Shown here: positions 34,862-43,961 of the stretch, in pieces
Numbering within the stretch: position 1 is the first letter of the stretch
Layout of the letters: each line of letters begins with the position of its first letter
Notes under the pieces: model-generated
Told to the model about the DNA's origin: nothing
The model's database searches: none
What the model saw: only the letters and a program-made list of their open reading frames with translations
Position numbers and translations under genes: made by a program
DNA from: an uncultured Lentisphaeria bacterium
GTDB taxonomy: Bacteria; Verrucomicrobiota; Lentisphaeria; Victivallales; UBA1829
DNA length: 64,000 nt
Direction of reading: 5' to 3'
NCBI GenBank assembly: GCA_949287225.1
Contig: CASEFP010000120.1
Location: 265-64,264, forward strand

Positions 34862-36406
34862 ATGTCGAAAAGTGAAAATATACTGGTTCTGGATTTCGGC
34901 TCCCAGTACAGCCAGCTGATTGCGCGGAGGATCCGCGAGTGCCATGTGTACAGCCGGATCGTCCCTTACCGGATCAGTGCTTCTGAAATCGAAAAAGAGT
35001 CCCCCGCGGGCATCATCCTGAGCGGTGGCCCCGCAAGTGTCTATCAGGAAGGGGCGCCCCAGTGCGATCCCCGGATTTTTGAACTCGGAATTCCGATCCT
35101 CGGCATCTGCTACGGAATGCAGCTCACGGTGCGGACGCTCGGCGGGGAGGTCGCACGCGGCAGGGCGCGGGAGTATGGAAAGGCGGAACTTGAGGTGTGC
35201 GCACCGTCTCCCCTGTTTGCCGGATTCCCGGAAAAGGGACAGGTCTGGATGTCGCACGGAGACAAGGTTACAAGGATTCCCGCCGGATTCGAGCGCGTTG
35301 CATGCACGGACAATACCGAGTTCGCCGGGATTCAGGACGGGGAAAGAAAAATCTACGGCATTCAGTTCCATCCGGAGGTCGTGCACACACCGAAGGGACA
35401 GACCATCATCACGAACTTCTGCCGCGGCATCTGCGGGTGTTCCGGGAGCTGGAACATGGAGTCGTTCATTGAGTCCAGCATCCGCGACATCCGCGAGAAG
35501 GTCAAAGGGGAAAAGGTGATCCTCGGGCTCAGCGGCGGCGTGGATTCGTCCGTTGCTGCGGCACTGATCCACAAGGCGATCGGCGACCAGCTCACCTGTA
35601 TTTTCGTGAACAACGGCGGACTGCGCAAAGGGGAACCTGAACGGGTCCGGGCGCTTTTCGGCGGCGCGTTCCACATGACGCTCAAATACGTGGACGCGGA
35701 AGCGCGTTTCCTGGAAAAACTCAAAGGCGCGAGCGATCCCGAGCAGAAACGCAAGATCATCGGTCATGAATTCGTCAAGGTGTTCGACGAGGCGGCCTCC
35801 GAGATTTCCGACGTGACGTTTCTTGCGCAGGGGACGACATACCCCGATGTGATCGAAAGCGTTTCGATCGACGGCAATCCGAGCGCGGTCATCAAGAGCC
35901 ACCACAACGTCGGCGGACTCCCCGCGACGATGCACCTCAAACTTCTCGAACCTCTGAGCCGCCTCTTCAAGGACGAGGTGCGCGAGGTCGGGCGCAAGCT
36001 CGGGCTGCCCGAGGAGATGGTGATGCGCCAGCCGTTCCCCGGGCCGGGACTTGCGGTCCGCATGCTCGGCGAGGTCAACAAGAAGGATCTTGACACACTT
36101 CGCGACGCGGACGAGATCATTGTCGACGAGATGAAAAAGGCGGGGCTTTACTACAAGACGTGGCAGACGTTCGGCGTGTTCATCCCGGTCAAGACCGTCG
36201 GCGTGATGGGCGACGAGCGTACCTATGACAATGTGATCGCGCTGCGCGCAGTCGACAGCCAGGACGGCATGACGGCGGACTGGGTCCAGCTGCCCTACGA
36301 GCTTCTCGGACGGATTTCCAGCCGTATCATCAATGAAGTAAACGGCGTGAACCGCGTGGTTTACGACATTACGTCCAAGCCGCCGGGAACCATTGAATGG
36401 GAATGA
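34862..36406 (+). CDS. guaA: GMP synthase (glutamine-hydrolysing)
   Basis: 514 aa with the GATase domain ([14 protein letters not shown]), the ATP-PPase P-loop [11 protein letters not shown] and the C-terminus PPGTIEWE. Confidence 0.95.
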   Translation: MSKSENILVLDFGSQYSQLIARRIRECHVYSRIVPYRISASEIEKESPAGIILSGGPASVYQEGAPQCDPRIFELGIPILGICYGMQLTVRTLGGEVARGRAREYGKAELEVCAPSPLFAGFPEKGQVWMSHGDKVTRIPAGFERVACTDNTEFAGIQDGERKIYGIQFHPEVVHTPKGQTIITNFCRGICGCSGSWNMESFIESSIRDIREKVKGEKVILGLSGGVDSSVAAALIHKAIGDQLTCIFVNNGGLRKGEPERVRALFGGAFHMTLKYVDAEARFLEKLKGASDPEQKRKIIGHEFVKVFDEAASEISDVTFLAQGTTYPDVIESVSIDGNPSAVIKSHHNVGGLPATMHLKLLEPLSRLFKDEVREVGRKLGLPEEMVMRQPFPGPGLAVRMLGEVNKKDLDTLRDADEIIVDEMKKAGLYYKTWQTFGVFIPVKTVGVMGDERTYDNVIALRAVDSQDGMTADWVQLPYELLGRISSRIINEVNGVNRVVYDITSKPPGTIEWE

Positions 36407-36413
36407 GCGTGTG

Positions 36414-36974
36414 ATGGAAATTCTCGGCGGAACGGCAAAAGGGATTGTTCTGAAAGCGCCTCCCGGAGCATTGGTGCGTCCGACCGCGGTGCGTGCGCGC
36501 CGGGCGCTCTTCGACAGTCTCGGCGACCTTTCCGGGAAGAGGATCTGTGACCTTTTTTCGGGGAGCGGTGCTATAGGGTTTGAATCGGCAAGCCGGGGGG
36601 CGGCGTCCGTTCTGTTTGTCGAGAAATCGCCGCAGTCGCTTGCCGCGATCCGGTCAAATCTGAAAAAAGTCGAGCCGCATTGCCCGGATTGCACATTCAC
36701 GCTGTTCAGCGGCGTGCTGCCGGAATGCGCTGTGCGTCTTGCATCCTTTCCCGCTCCGGATATGATCTTTGCGGATCCCCCGTATGCGGAGTCCCCGGAA
36801 CTGCTGGACGGGCTTCTGCATGAGAAATCATTCTGCACCTGGACAGCGGGAGCACTTCTGATCTGGGAGCTTCCGGAAACACATTTCCAGCTGAAGGTTT
36901 TTCCCGCACCATGGAGAATTCAGACCGTGAAGACGTTTGGGGGAACACGTTTTCTGCTGATCGGAAAAGTCTGA
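36414..36974 (+). CDS. rsmD: 16S rRNA (guanine966-N2)-methyltransferase RsmD
   Basis: ORF 36393..36974. The start is taken at MEILGGTAKG (ATG 36414), just after the guaA stop. Motifs are RPTAVRARRALFDSL, DLFSGSGAIGFESASRGA and the catalytic DPPY. Confidence 0.85.
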   Translation: MEILGGTAKGIVLKAPPGALVRPTAVRARRALFDSLGDLSGKRICDLFSGSGAIGFESASRGAASVLFVEKSPQSLAAIRSNLKKVEPHCPDCTFTLFSGVLPECAVRLASFPAPDMIFADPPYAESPELLDGLLHEKSFCTWTAGALLIWELPETHFQLKVFPAPWRIQTVKTFGGTRFLLIGKV

Positions 36975-37150
36975 TTTTTTCCGGACGGAAGGTTTTTTCC
37001 CGGAAAAACGGAAAAAAAAGCGGGAAAATCTGTGTGGAATGGCAAATTTTGATTTGACAAGAAGAATTGTGAATGTAGTGTAAGTAAATTGAAACTGGCA
37101 TCAGGCAGAAGTTTTTTGTAATAATTTTTTTGACAGGAGAGAAACGAGTC

Positions 37151-38416
37151 ATGGGTATTTTGAACAGAGTCATCAACATCCTGATTTTGCTTGCGGCAAT
37201 CGCGGCAGTTGTGTTTTCCTATATGCTGTTCAGCAAGCGCAATGAGCTCACGGACGGATGGCGCAAGATGGCGGAGGCGATCAATGCCACCGCCGCAACC
37301 CTGGACGACAAAAGCGCTTCCGGAACAAAGGCCGCTCAGGAGCTGGCGACGGACAAGCTCAAACATACCGAATATGCAAATCTCGATCAGGTTCTGCCGA
37401 AACTCAAGGACAATGCCTCCAAAATTGTCAAGCAGCGCAATGATCTGGCAAAATCCCTTCAGGATGCCGCGAATACGCTGGAAATCGCCGGTGTGAATGC
37501 CAAGGACTTCCAGAATGTCACCACTTATGAAGGCAAGAACAAGGATCTCAGCGGAAAAATCTCCGCATTCAAGAGCAATCGTGACAGTGTGTTTGCCAAT
37601 TATGTCCGGACCGGCAGTGTCGCAGGAGCCTCCATTACAGCAAATGAACTCAAAAACCCCGCTCAGGCGAATGCCGCCGCACAGAAGGTTAATGCCAAAA
37701 TCAACGACATCAAGGCCCGCCGGGACCGCTTTTCCTCGCATATTGCTGCCGTCAGCCGGACGCTCGGCGTGAAGAACCCGAATCTTGCCGGTGCCAATTA
37801 CGCTTCCGAATTGAATACCTCTCTTGCCGCGGTCCGGAAGGTGAAGGCGGAGGCTGATGCCACGAAAAACGCTCTGGCGGCGGAAAAGAGGAAAACCGCT
37901 TCCCTGAACAACCAGATTGCCGCACACCGCAAGACGATTTCCAATCATCTTGCCGATATCAAATCGAAGCAGAAACGGATTGATGAACTCCTCCGCGTGA
38001 TTTCCGATGACGGGAAGTCTCACATCCCTGCAAAGCTGCTTAAGAGCAGCGATCCCGAATGCTATGGCTATGTCAAAGGGAAAATTGAATACATTGACAA
38101 GGATTACGGCTTTGTCACCATCAATGTCGGAAAGAAATACGAATTTGTTCAGAAATACGGCATCAAGGACAACAAGGTTCCGTTCCCGCTGCCTGTCGGC
38201 AAGATCATGACGATCGCCCGCGGATTGAACAGCGACAGTCCCGAATTCATCGGGAAACTGCTTGTCACGAAAGTGGATGACTACAATGCGATCTGCAATC
38301 TTGTCAGCGGAAAACTTTCCGATCTGAGAGTCGGCGATGATGTTTATTTCGCAGCGGAGGACATTGCCGCCGCAACAGGAAAAGCGGATGTCCAGAAGGC
38401 TCCCGCCAAGAAATAA
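37151..38416 (+). CDS. Membrane-anchored coiled-coil protein with a C-terminal beta-rich domain, unknown function
   Basis: ORF 37130..38416. The start is taken at MGILNRVINILILLAAIAAVVFSYMLF (single TM; ATG 37151 preceded by AGGAGA). A roughly 270-aa Ala/Lys/Asn-rich helical region follows. The last roughly 110 aa are beta-rich (GYVKGKIEYIDKDYGFVTINVGKKYEF...VGDDVYF). Confidence 0.7.
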   Translation: MGILNRVINILILLAAIAAVVFSYMLFSKRNELTDGWRKMAEAINATAATLDDKSASGTKAAQELATDKLKHTEYANLDQVLPKLKDNASKIVKQRNDLAKSLQDAANTLEIAGVNAKDFQNVTTYEGKNKDLSGKISAFKSNRDSVFANYVRTGSVAGASITANELKNPAQANAAAQKVNAKINDIKARRDRFSSHIAAVSRTLGVKNPNLAGANYASELNTSLAAVRKVKAEADATKNALAAEKRKTASLNNQIAAHRKTISNHLADIKSKQKRIDELLRVISDDGKSHIPAKLLKSSDPECYGYVKGKIEYIDKDYGFVTINVGKKYEFVQKYGIKDNKVPFPLPVGKIMTIARGLNSDSPEFIGKLLVTKVDDYNAICNLVSGKLSDLRVGDDVYFAAEDIAAATGKADVQKAPAKK

Positions 38417-38428
38417 GGAGACGACGTC

Positions 38429-38536
38429 ATGTATGCTTCCAAGTTTTTTACAGCCTGCACGATCCTGACTTTTCTCCTTCTTGTTGCCGTGCTTGTTCTG
38501 CAGGCGCTTGAAATGAAGGCCTATGAAATGTTCTGA
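38429..38536 (+). CDS. 35-aa single-TM mini-protein (not in ORF track)
   Basis: The ATG at 38429 lies 8 nt after AAGGAG (38415-38420). Translation is MYASKFFTACTILTFLLLVAVLVLQALEMKAYEMF, followed by a stop. It sits 12 nt after the stop of the preceding gene. Confidence 0.45.
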   Translation: MYASKFFTACTILTFLLLVAVLVLQALEMKAYEMF

Positions 38537-38624
38537 CTCTTTCCACACAGGAGGAGCAGATACAGAGGAACCGTCCGGCGCCAGGCCGTGACGGTTCTTC
38601 TGCGTTAAGGAGGATATATCTGTG

Positions 38625-38780
38625 ATGAGAATGTGGATTGCCGTTGTGATTCTCGCCTTTGCGGGGATGTTTCTTGCGGGATGCACCGATTATGAACGAG
38701 CGGGGGTGAATCCCCGTCCATTCAATGAACCCAGAACCTGGGAGATCAATCCTTACGGCCCGAATATGTTCCAGAACTGA
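38625..38780 (+). CDS. 51-aa mini-lipoprotein (not in ORF track)
   Basis: AAGGAGG (38607-38613) lies upstream of GTG 38622 / ATG 38625. Translation is MRMWIAVVILAFAGMFLAGCTDYERAGVNPRPFNEPRTWEINPYGPNMFQN, with a canonical lipobox LAGC. Confidence 0.5.
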   Translation: MRMWIAVVILAFAGMFLAGCTDYERAGVNPRPFNEPRTWEINPYGPNMFQN

Positions 38781-38800
38781 GAGGTTCAGAGGAGCGGAAG

Positions 38801-39697
38801 ATGAAATTTCTTTTGTATCTGATCCTTTTCTGCTCCGTGCTTTGTGGAACGGCTTCTGACGGGGCAACGGAATATACCGGCGTTGTCCGGCGCGCGGGAG
38901 CGGTGAATCCCGTGAAGAATGCGACTTATGAACTGTTTGTCTTTGTGAATGACGTGCAGGTTTATCCCCGGAAACTCAGGAAGGGATTGCGGAATTTCCG
39001 GATCGGCGACAGGTTCCGCTTTCATTACCGTCCCGGCGACCAGCTCCGCGTGATTTTCTGCCGGAAAACCATTTTGGGATACACGATTCTCCTTGACGCC
39101 GGATCCGCTTCGCCGGATGCGCTGGGCGAGCTCTTCGGAATGGTAATGAAAACAAAAGATGCGACGGTGGAGCTGGCTCTTGCCATACCGGAGGGGAAAT
39201 ACAAAATCACGTTGAAACGCTCCTTTTTCGCGTATGAGGACGCAGTGGCGTGCGGCGGTACTGTCAAGGGGGAGGATTTCAAGCGCAGAGTTGCGGATTT
39301 CCTGATCCGTCTGCAGGAGGCGTCATCGGCGGACCGGTCGCGGATGCTCAAGGAACAGGCGTTCCGGGAACTTGCCGATTATGCCGCGCAGTCCGTTGAA
39401 AAACTCGATCATCGGATTGTCGTGCGCCAGAACGGGGATGTGATTTTTGATTCCTGGGGGGAGGGATACCGTGGAACGGGGCGGGATGTGGATTGGAAAA
39501 ACATCTCTTTTGAAATGGACTGGCGGCTCGGCGACCGGATAGATGTGCTTTTCCTGGATGCGGATCTGCTGGATGACGATGTCGTTTTCCGGCGTTTCAC
39601 GAACACCCCGTTTTCCATTCAGATGCTGAACGGAACTGTTTCCGGCGGTATTCTGTCGAATTCCGGAGTCGTTTTTTCCACGGAATATCTGAAGTAG
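38801..39697 (+). CDS. Secreted hypothetical protein
   Basis: 298 aa with a signal peptide (MKFLLYLILFCSVLCGTASDG). It is on the same strand as the three preceding genes, 20 nt after the mini-lipoprotein stop. I recognise no family. Confidence 0.62.
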   Translation: MKFLLYLILFCSVLCGTASDGATEYTGVVRRAGAVNPVKNATYELFVFVNDVQVYPRKLRKGLRNFRIGDRFRFHYRPGDQLRVIFCRKTILGYTILLDAGSASPDALGELFGMVMKTKDATVELALAIPEGKYKITLKRSFFAYEDAVACGGTVKGEDFKRRVADFLIRLQEASSADRSRMLKEQAFRELADYAAQSVEKLDHRIVVRQNGDVIFDSWGEGYRGTGRDVDWKNISFEMDWRLGDRIDVLFLDADLLDDDVVFRRFTNTPFSIQMLNGTVSGGILSNSGVVFSTEYLK

Positions 39698-39800
39698 GCA
39701 TTTTTTCTTTTCCGCTTCCTTCAGGATTCTTGCGCTCCGGGGATTGTAATTTTATGGTTTTGGAGTTATTTTAAATTCAGAATATCACGTTGATTTAAAA

Positions 39801-41528
39801 ATGTCGAAAGGTTGTTCTGTTATGAATGCGAAAAAAGAGCCCGAGGTAAAAATGGAGGAATCCTGCCGTAAAGCCCTTCTGAATGGAAAGTATCCATTGA
39901 CTGCGCCTGAATATTATAATTTTGCCTTTGATGTTGTGGATAAAATCGGGAATGAGGACCGCAACCGCCTTGCGCTGATCTGGGTGAACCAGCATGGCGA
40001 CGAGAAGAAATTCACGTTTCACGACCTTTCCAAACTCTCCAATCAGGCGGCGAATCTTCTGATCAAAAACGGCATTACCCGCGGCGACCGTGTCTTTCTG
40101 CTTCTGCCGCGCATTCCTGAATGGTGGATCTTCTCTCTTGCGCTGATCAAACTCGGTGCGATTCAATGCCCGTCCCCGGTTCTTCTGACACCGAACGACA
40201 TCCGCCAGCGCATCCAGTTCGGGCGTTTCAAAATGGTGATTGCCGATCCAGAGAATGCGGAAAAGGTCGATGAGATTTTTGACGACTGCCCGACGCTGAG
40301 CAAACGCGTGCTTGTCGGCGGTGAGGAGCGCTGCGGCTGGGTCTCCTACTTTAAGGAGATCCGCAATACGACCGCGCTTTCGCGTCACCGCGTGATGAAT
40401 CCGTTCCCGTTCCGTAGCAAGTCCAGCGATCCGATGCTGATGCTGTTCACTTCCGGAACCAGCAAGGTGCCCAAGCTGGTGCTTCACAACTACGCCTATC
40501 CGATCGGGCATTCCATCACGGCGGAGCTCTGGCACGGACTCGGTCCCGGCGACGTGCACTTCACGGTTTCCGATACGGGGTGGGGCAAGAACATCTGGGG
40601 CAATTACTTCGGACAGTGGATCATGGGAGCATGCGTCTTTATTTTCGACGTGCGCGGCAAGTTCCATGCCGAGGAACTGCTGCCCATTCTGGAGAAATAT
40701 GAGATTACCTCCTTCTGCGCGCCGCCGACGGTTTACCGGATGCTGGTGCTGCACGACCTGACGCGCTTCGACTTCAAATACCTCAAGCACTGCACCGCCG
40801 CCGGAGAGGCGCTTCATACGGAGACCTCCCGCCTCTGGCGCGAGGGAACGGGGCTGACCATCCGCGAAGGTTATGGACAGACCGAAACCGTCTGCATGAT
40901 TGCCACGTTCATGGGCGACGCCGTCAAACCCGGTTCGATGGGAAAGGCCTCTCCTGGCTGGGAGATCGAGCTGCATGACGACGACGGCAATCCGATTCCG
41001 GACGGCGAAAACGGCAGAATCGCATTGAACCTGAAAAACGGCCGTCCCGTCGGACTGATGGAAGGATATGTGAACTGCGAGGAGGAGAACCAGAGAAGTT
41101 TCATCAACGGCTATTACTATACCGGCGACAAGGCGTGGCGCGATGAGGACGGATATTTCTGGTTCGTCGGACGCAACGACGACATCATCAAGAGCTCCGG
41201 CTACCGCATCAGCCCGCAGGAGGTCGAGGAGGTCATCATGCAGCATCCGTCGGTTCACGAGGTCGCTGTTGTCGGTGCGCCGGACCCGCTCCGCGGCTCG
41301 CGCATCAAGGCATATATCGTGCTGAAACCCGATTACGATCCGACGGAATCGCTTGTCCGCGACATCCAGCGCCATACCAAGGAGTTGACCGCGCCCTATA
41401 AGTATCCGCGTGAAATCGAGTTTGTCAAGTCGCTTCCGAAGTCCTATGCGGGCAAGATCAAGCGTGACATTCTGCGGAAACATGCGGAAAACGGCGGCCC
41501 GCTGATCACGGCGGTTGGCGACCGGTAA
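39801..41528 (+). CDS. AMP-forming acyl-CoA synthetase (ANL superfamily; medium-chain/acetyl-CoA-synthetase-like)
   Basis: 575 aa with AMP-binding motifs LMLFTSGTSKVPK, YGQTET, YYTGDKAWRDEDGYFWFVGRNDD and SSGYRISPQEVE. The start codon is uncertain (ATG at 39801, 39822 or 39852). Confidence 0.88.
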   Translation: MSKGCSVMNAKKEPEVKMEESCRKALLNGKYPLTAPEYYNFAFDVVDKIGNEDRNRLALIWVNQHGDEKKFTFHDLSKLSNQAANLLIKNGITRGDRVFLLLPRIPEWWIFSLALIKLGAIQCPSPVLLTPNDIRQRIQFGRFKMVIADPENAEKVDEIFDDCPTLSKRVLVGGEERCGWVSYFKEIRNTTALSRHRVMNPFPFRSKSSDPMLMLFTSGTSKVPKLVLHNYAYPIGHSITAELWHGLGPGDVHFTVSDTGWGKNIWGNYFGQWIMGACVFIFDVRGKFHAEELLPILEKYEITSFCAPPTVYRMLVLHDLTRFDFKYLKHCTAAGEALHTETSRLWREGTGLTIREGYGQTETVCMIATFMGDAVKPGSMGKASPGWEIELHDDDGNPIPDGENGRIALNLKNGRPVGLMEGYVNCEEENQRSFINGYYYTGDKAWRDEDGYFWFVGRNDDIIKSSGYRISPQEVEEVIMQHPSVHEVAVVGAPDPLRGSRIKAYIVLKPDYDPTESLVRDIQRHTKELTAPYKYPREIEFVKSLPKSYAGKIKRDILRKHAENGGPLITAVGDR

Positions 41529-41584
41529 TTTCGGGAGATTGCCTCTGCCAGCCCGCTTGCGTCTCTGTAATGATTTCAAGAGAC

Positions 41585-41769
41585 GGAAAAATGCGGAAGC
41601 ATTTTTCCCGGGGTCAAGGGCCGTCGGCCCTTGTCGCGGTCCAGCGGCGAGACGCTGGTCGCGCGGAGCGCGAAATTTTTCCGCCTTCGGCGGCCAGCTT
41701 GCGCAGCTGGACCGCGGCAGGACTGAAAGTCCTGCACGAATCATAATTTGCGTTGCAAATTATTTTTTT
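41585..41769. repeat. Short copy of the hairpin-array inverted-repeat element (8 consecutive stem-loops)
   Basis: Stem-loops read directly from the sequence:
- 41585-41608: ggaaaaatgc-ggaa-gcatttttcc
- 41615-41633: caagggcc-gtc-ggcccttg
- 41641-41658: ccagcg-gcgaga-cgctgg
- 41659-41673: tcgcgc-gga-gcgcga
- 41681-41693: ccgcc-ttc-ggcgg (central dyad)
- 41694-41710: ccagct-tgcgc-agctgg
- 41717-41735: gcaggact-gaa-agtcctgc
- 41743-41763: ataatttgc-gtt-gcaaattat, followed by T6-7
The left roughly 100 bp and part of the right arm are homologous to 54241-54779. Confidence 0.75.
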
Positions 41770-41794
41770 AGTTGCTTCGCAATTTTTTTGAAAT

Positions 41795-43948
41795 TTATTC
41801 CCGTTCCGGCTGTTTGAAAACCGTGATGTTGCCGTTTGCGGGTTTCGCCGTTTCCTTTGCTTTCGTCAGGCGCTGTTTATAATAGTCGTAAAGGACATTC
41901 TGGCTTCTGGTTTTCTCGTAAGCGCTCATGCCAGTGGTTTTGGAATACTGATTGATTCCTGTGACGCGTCTGCCTTTTCTGCGGTCGTTCAGGCAGGTAT
42001 GGAGGATGAAATCGAGTTCCTCGCGGATTTCGGGTGCGTCAACGGGGAAGAGCGTTTCGATTCTGCGCCGGAGGTTGCGCGGCATGAGATCGGCGCTGCC
42101 CATGTAGTATTCCGGGGAGCCGTTGTTGAGGAAGTAATAGATGCGTGAATGTTCGAGATAACGGTCGAGGATGCTGACGATCCGGATGTTTTTCGCAAAT
42201 TCCGGCGGCAGGCAGTAGGGAGTGATTCCGCAGATGCCCCGGACGATCAGTTCGATCTTGACATGGCGGCATGCCGCGCGGTAGAGATGTTCGATCACCT
42301 CGTAGTCGATGATGGAGTTCACCTTGATGATGATGTGTCCGGGATTCTCCTTTGTCGAGATGCGCGCCTCGCGGTCGATGAGGAAAAGGATTTTTTCGAG
42401 CATGTTGAAGGGGGCGACGACGAGCTTGTTCCAGTCCGGCGGAGCGGAAAAGCCTGTGATGACGTTGAAAAGCGCGGAAACGTCGGTGGCCAGCACCTTG
42501 TCTGCGGAGAAGTATCCGATATCGGTATAGAGCCGCGCGGTCTTGTCATTGTAGTTTCCGGTGCTGAGATGGACGTAGCGGCGGATGCCGTCGTCCTCGC
42601 GGCGGATGACCATCAGCGCCTTGCAGTGCACCTTGAGTCCGGCGATGCCGTAGACGACGTGTGCGCCGGCCTCGGCGAGTTCGCGTGCCCAGATGATGTT
42701 GTTCTCCTCGTCGAATCGCGCCTTGAGCTCGACGAGCACGGAAACCTGTTTGCCGTTCCGCGCGGCCTTGACAAGCGCCTTGACCACGGGCGAGTTTCCG
42801 CTGACGCGGTAGAGTGTCTGCTTGATCGCCAGAACATCCGGATCCTCAGCCGCCTGCTCAAGCAGCTTGACGACCGGATCGAATGACTCATACGGATGGT
42901 GGACGAGGAAGGGTCCTTGCTCGCGGATTGCCGCAAACATGTCGCGCTTCCCGAGGAGATGCGGCGACTGGAGCGGGGGAAGCGGCTCGTCGACGAGCTC
43001 CGGATATCCCTGAAGCGAGGCGAGCGCGAACATGGATTTCAGATTCATGATGCCGCTGATCGGCTGGATGAGGCGTGTGCCCGATTCAGTGATGTTGAGT
43101 TTTTCCAGCAGCCATTTTTTCGACTTTGCCGAGATGCCGGAAGAGAGTTCAAGCCGGACGAGACTGCGCTTGGTTTTCTTGCGCAGCGCGATCTGGATTT
43201 CAGTCATCAGGTCGGCGATGGACTCTTCGTCGATGGAAAAATCCATGTCGCGGGTGACGCGGAACATGGCGCACTCCTTGATTTCCGCGCCGGAAAAGAG
43301 CAGATTGAGGTTGTTTCCGATGAGTTCCTCGGCTGTGATGCAGACCAGTCCGTTCGCCGAGCTTTCGATCTGAATGAATCTGGGAATCACGGGCGGCACT
43401 TCGAGCACCGCGAATTTTTCGGTTTTCTCCTTTGCCGGGACGAGGCGGATCAGAATTTCCAGCCCGAGATTCGGCACGAGCGGGAACGGATGCGACTGGT
43501 CGATTCCGATCGGCGTCAGCACCGGATAGATTTCCGAGGTCATGATTTTGAGCGCGGTGTTTTTCTGGAGCGCACTCAGGGAGTCCCAGCTTTCGATGCG
43601 GATCTTGTGCCTGCGCAGCTCGGGCAGAATGTCGTTGTTGAGATAGCGGTACTGGCGCGCGACAAGCTCCCTGATCCGGCGCTCGAGTTCCGCGAGGAGT
43701 TCCGCGGGCTCGTAGCCGTATTCACGGTAGATTTTGTGGAACTTCGTGTCAAGCTGACTGGTGATGCCCGCGATGCGGACCATGAAGAACTCGTCCAGGT
43801 TGCTGCTGAAAATGGCGATGAATTTGAGGCGTTCCAGCAGGGGATTTCCTTTGTCCGCGGCTTCATCGAGCACACGCGCATTGAACTCCAGCCAGCTGAT
43901 GTCGCGGTTGAGAAATTCGAATTGGATTTTTTCTTTTTTCTGTATCAT
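41795..43948 (-). CDS. ppk: Polyphosphate kinase 1
   Basis: ORF 41795..43993. The start is taken at MIQKKEKIQFEFLNRDISWLEFNARVL (ATG 43948, preceded by GGAGG). It has the PPK1 N-terminal, head and twin PLD-like C domains (LKVHCKALMV, YLEHSRIYYF). Confidence 0.93.
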   Translation of the reverse strand: MIQKKEKIQFEFLNRDISWLEFNARVLDEAADKGNPLLERLKFIAIFSSNLDEFFMVRIAGITSQLDTKFHKIYREYGYEPAELLAELERRIRELVARQYRYLNNDILPELRRHKIRIESWDSLSALQKNTALKIMTSEIYPVLTPIGIDQSHPFPLVPNLGLEILIRLVPAKEKTEKFAVLEVPPVIPRFIQIESSANGLVCITAEELIGNNLNLLFSGAEIKECAMFRVTRDMDFSIDEESIADLMTEIQIALRKKTKRSLVRLELSSGISAKSKKWLLEKLNITESGTRLIQPISGIMNLKSMFALASLQGYPELVDEPLPPLQSPHLLGKRDMFAAIREQGPFLVHHPYESFDPVVKLLEQAAEDPDVLAIKQTLYRVSGNSPVVKALVKAARNGKQVSVLVELKARFDEENNIIWARELAEAGAHVVYGIAGLKVHCKALMVIRREDDGIRRYVHLSTGNYNDKTARLYTDIGYFSADKVLATDVSALFNVITGFSAPPDWNKLVVAPFNMLEKILFLIDREARISTKENPGHIIIKVNSIIDYEVIEHLYRAACRHVKIELIVRGICGITPYCLPPEFAKNIRIVSILDRYLEHSRIYYFLNNGSPEYYMGSADLMPRNLRRRIETLFPVDAPEIREELDFILHTCLNDRRKGRRVTGINQYSKTTGMSAYEKTRSQNVLYDYYKQRLTKAKETAKPANGNITVFKQPERE

Positions 43949-43961
43949 GTTGGCGCCTCCG

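Noticed and set aside
34838-36838. 666-aa minus-strand ORF
   Set aside because: It is antisense to guaA and rsmD, both of which have unambiguous motifs. The product is low complexity.
39795-41744. 649-aa minus-strand ORF. Similar antisense ORFs are 42896..44065, 44316..45776, 49350..51212, 15197..16423, 25310..26434 and 20574..21320.
   Set aside because: All are antisense to genes with strong family evidence (acyl-CoA synthetase, ppk, ppx, arnA, lipoprotein, map/adk, SGNH hydrolase). All have the same R/G/A/D-rich shadow composition.
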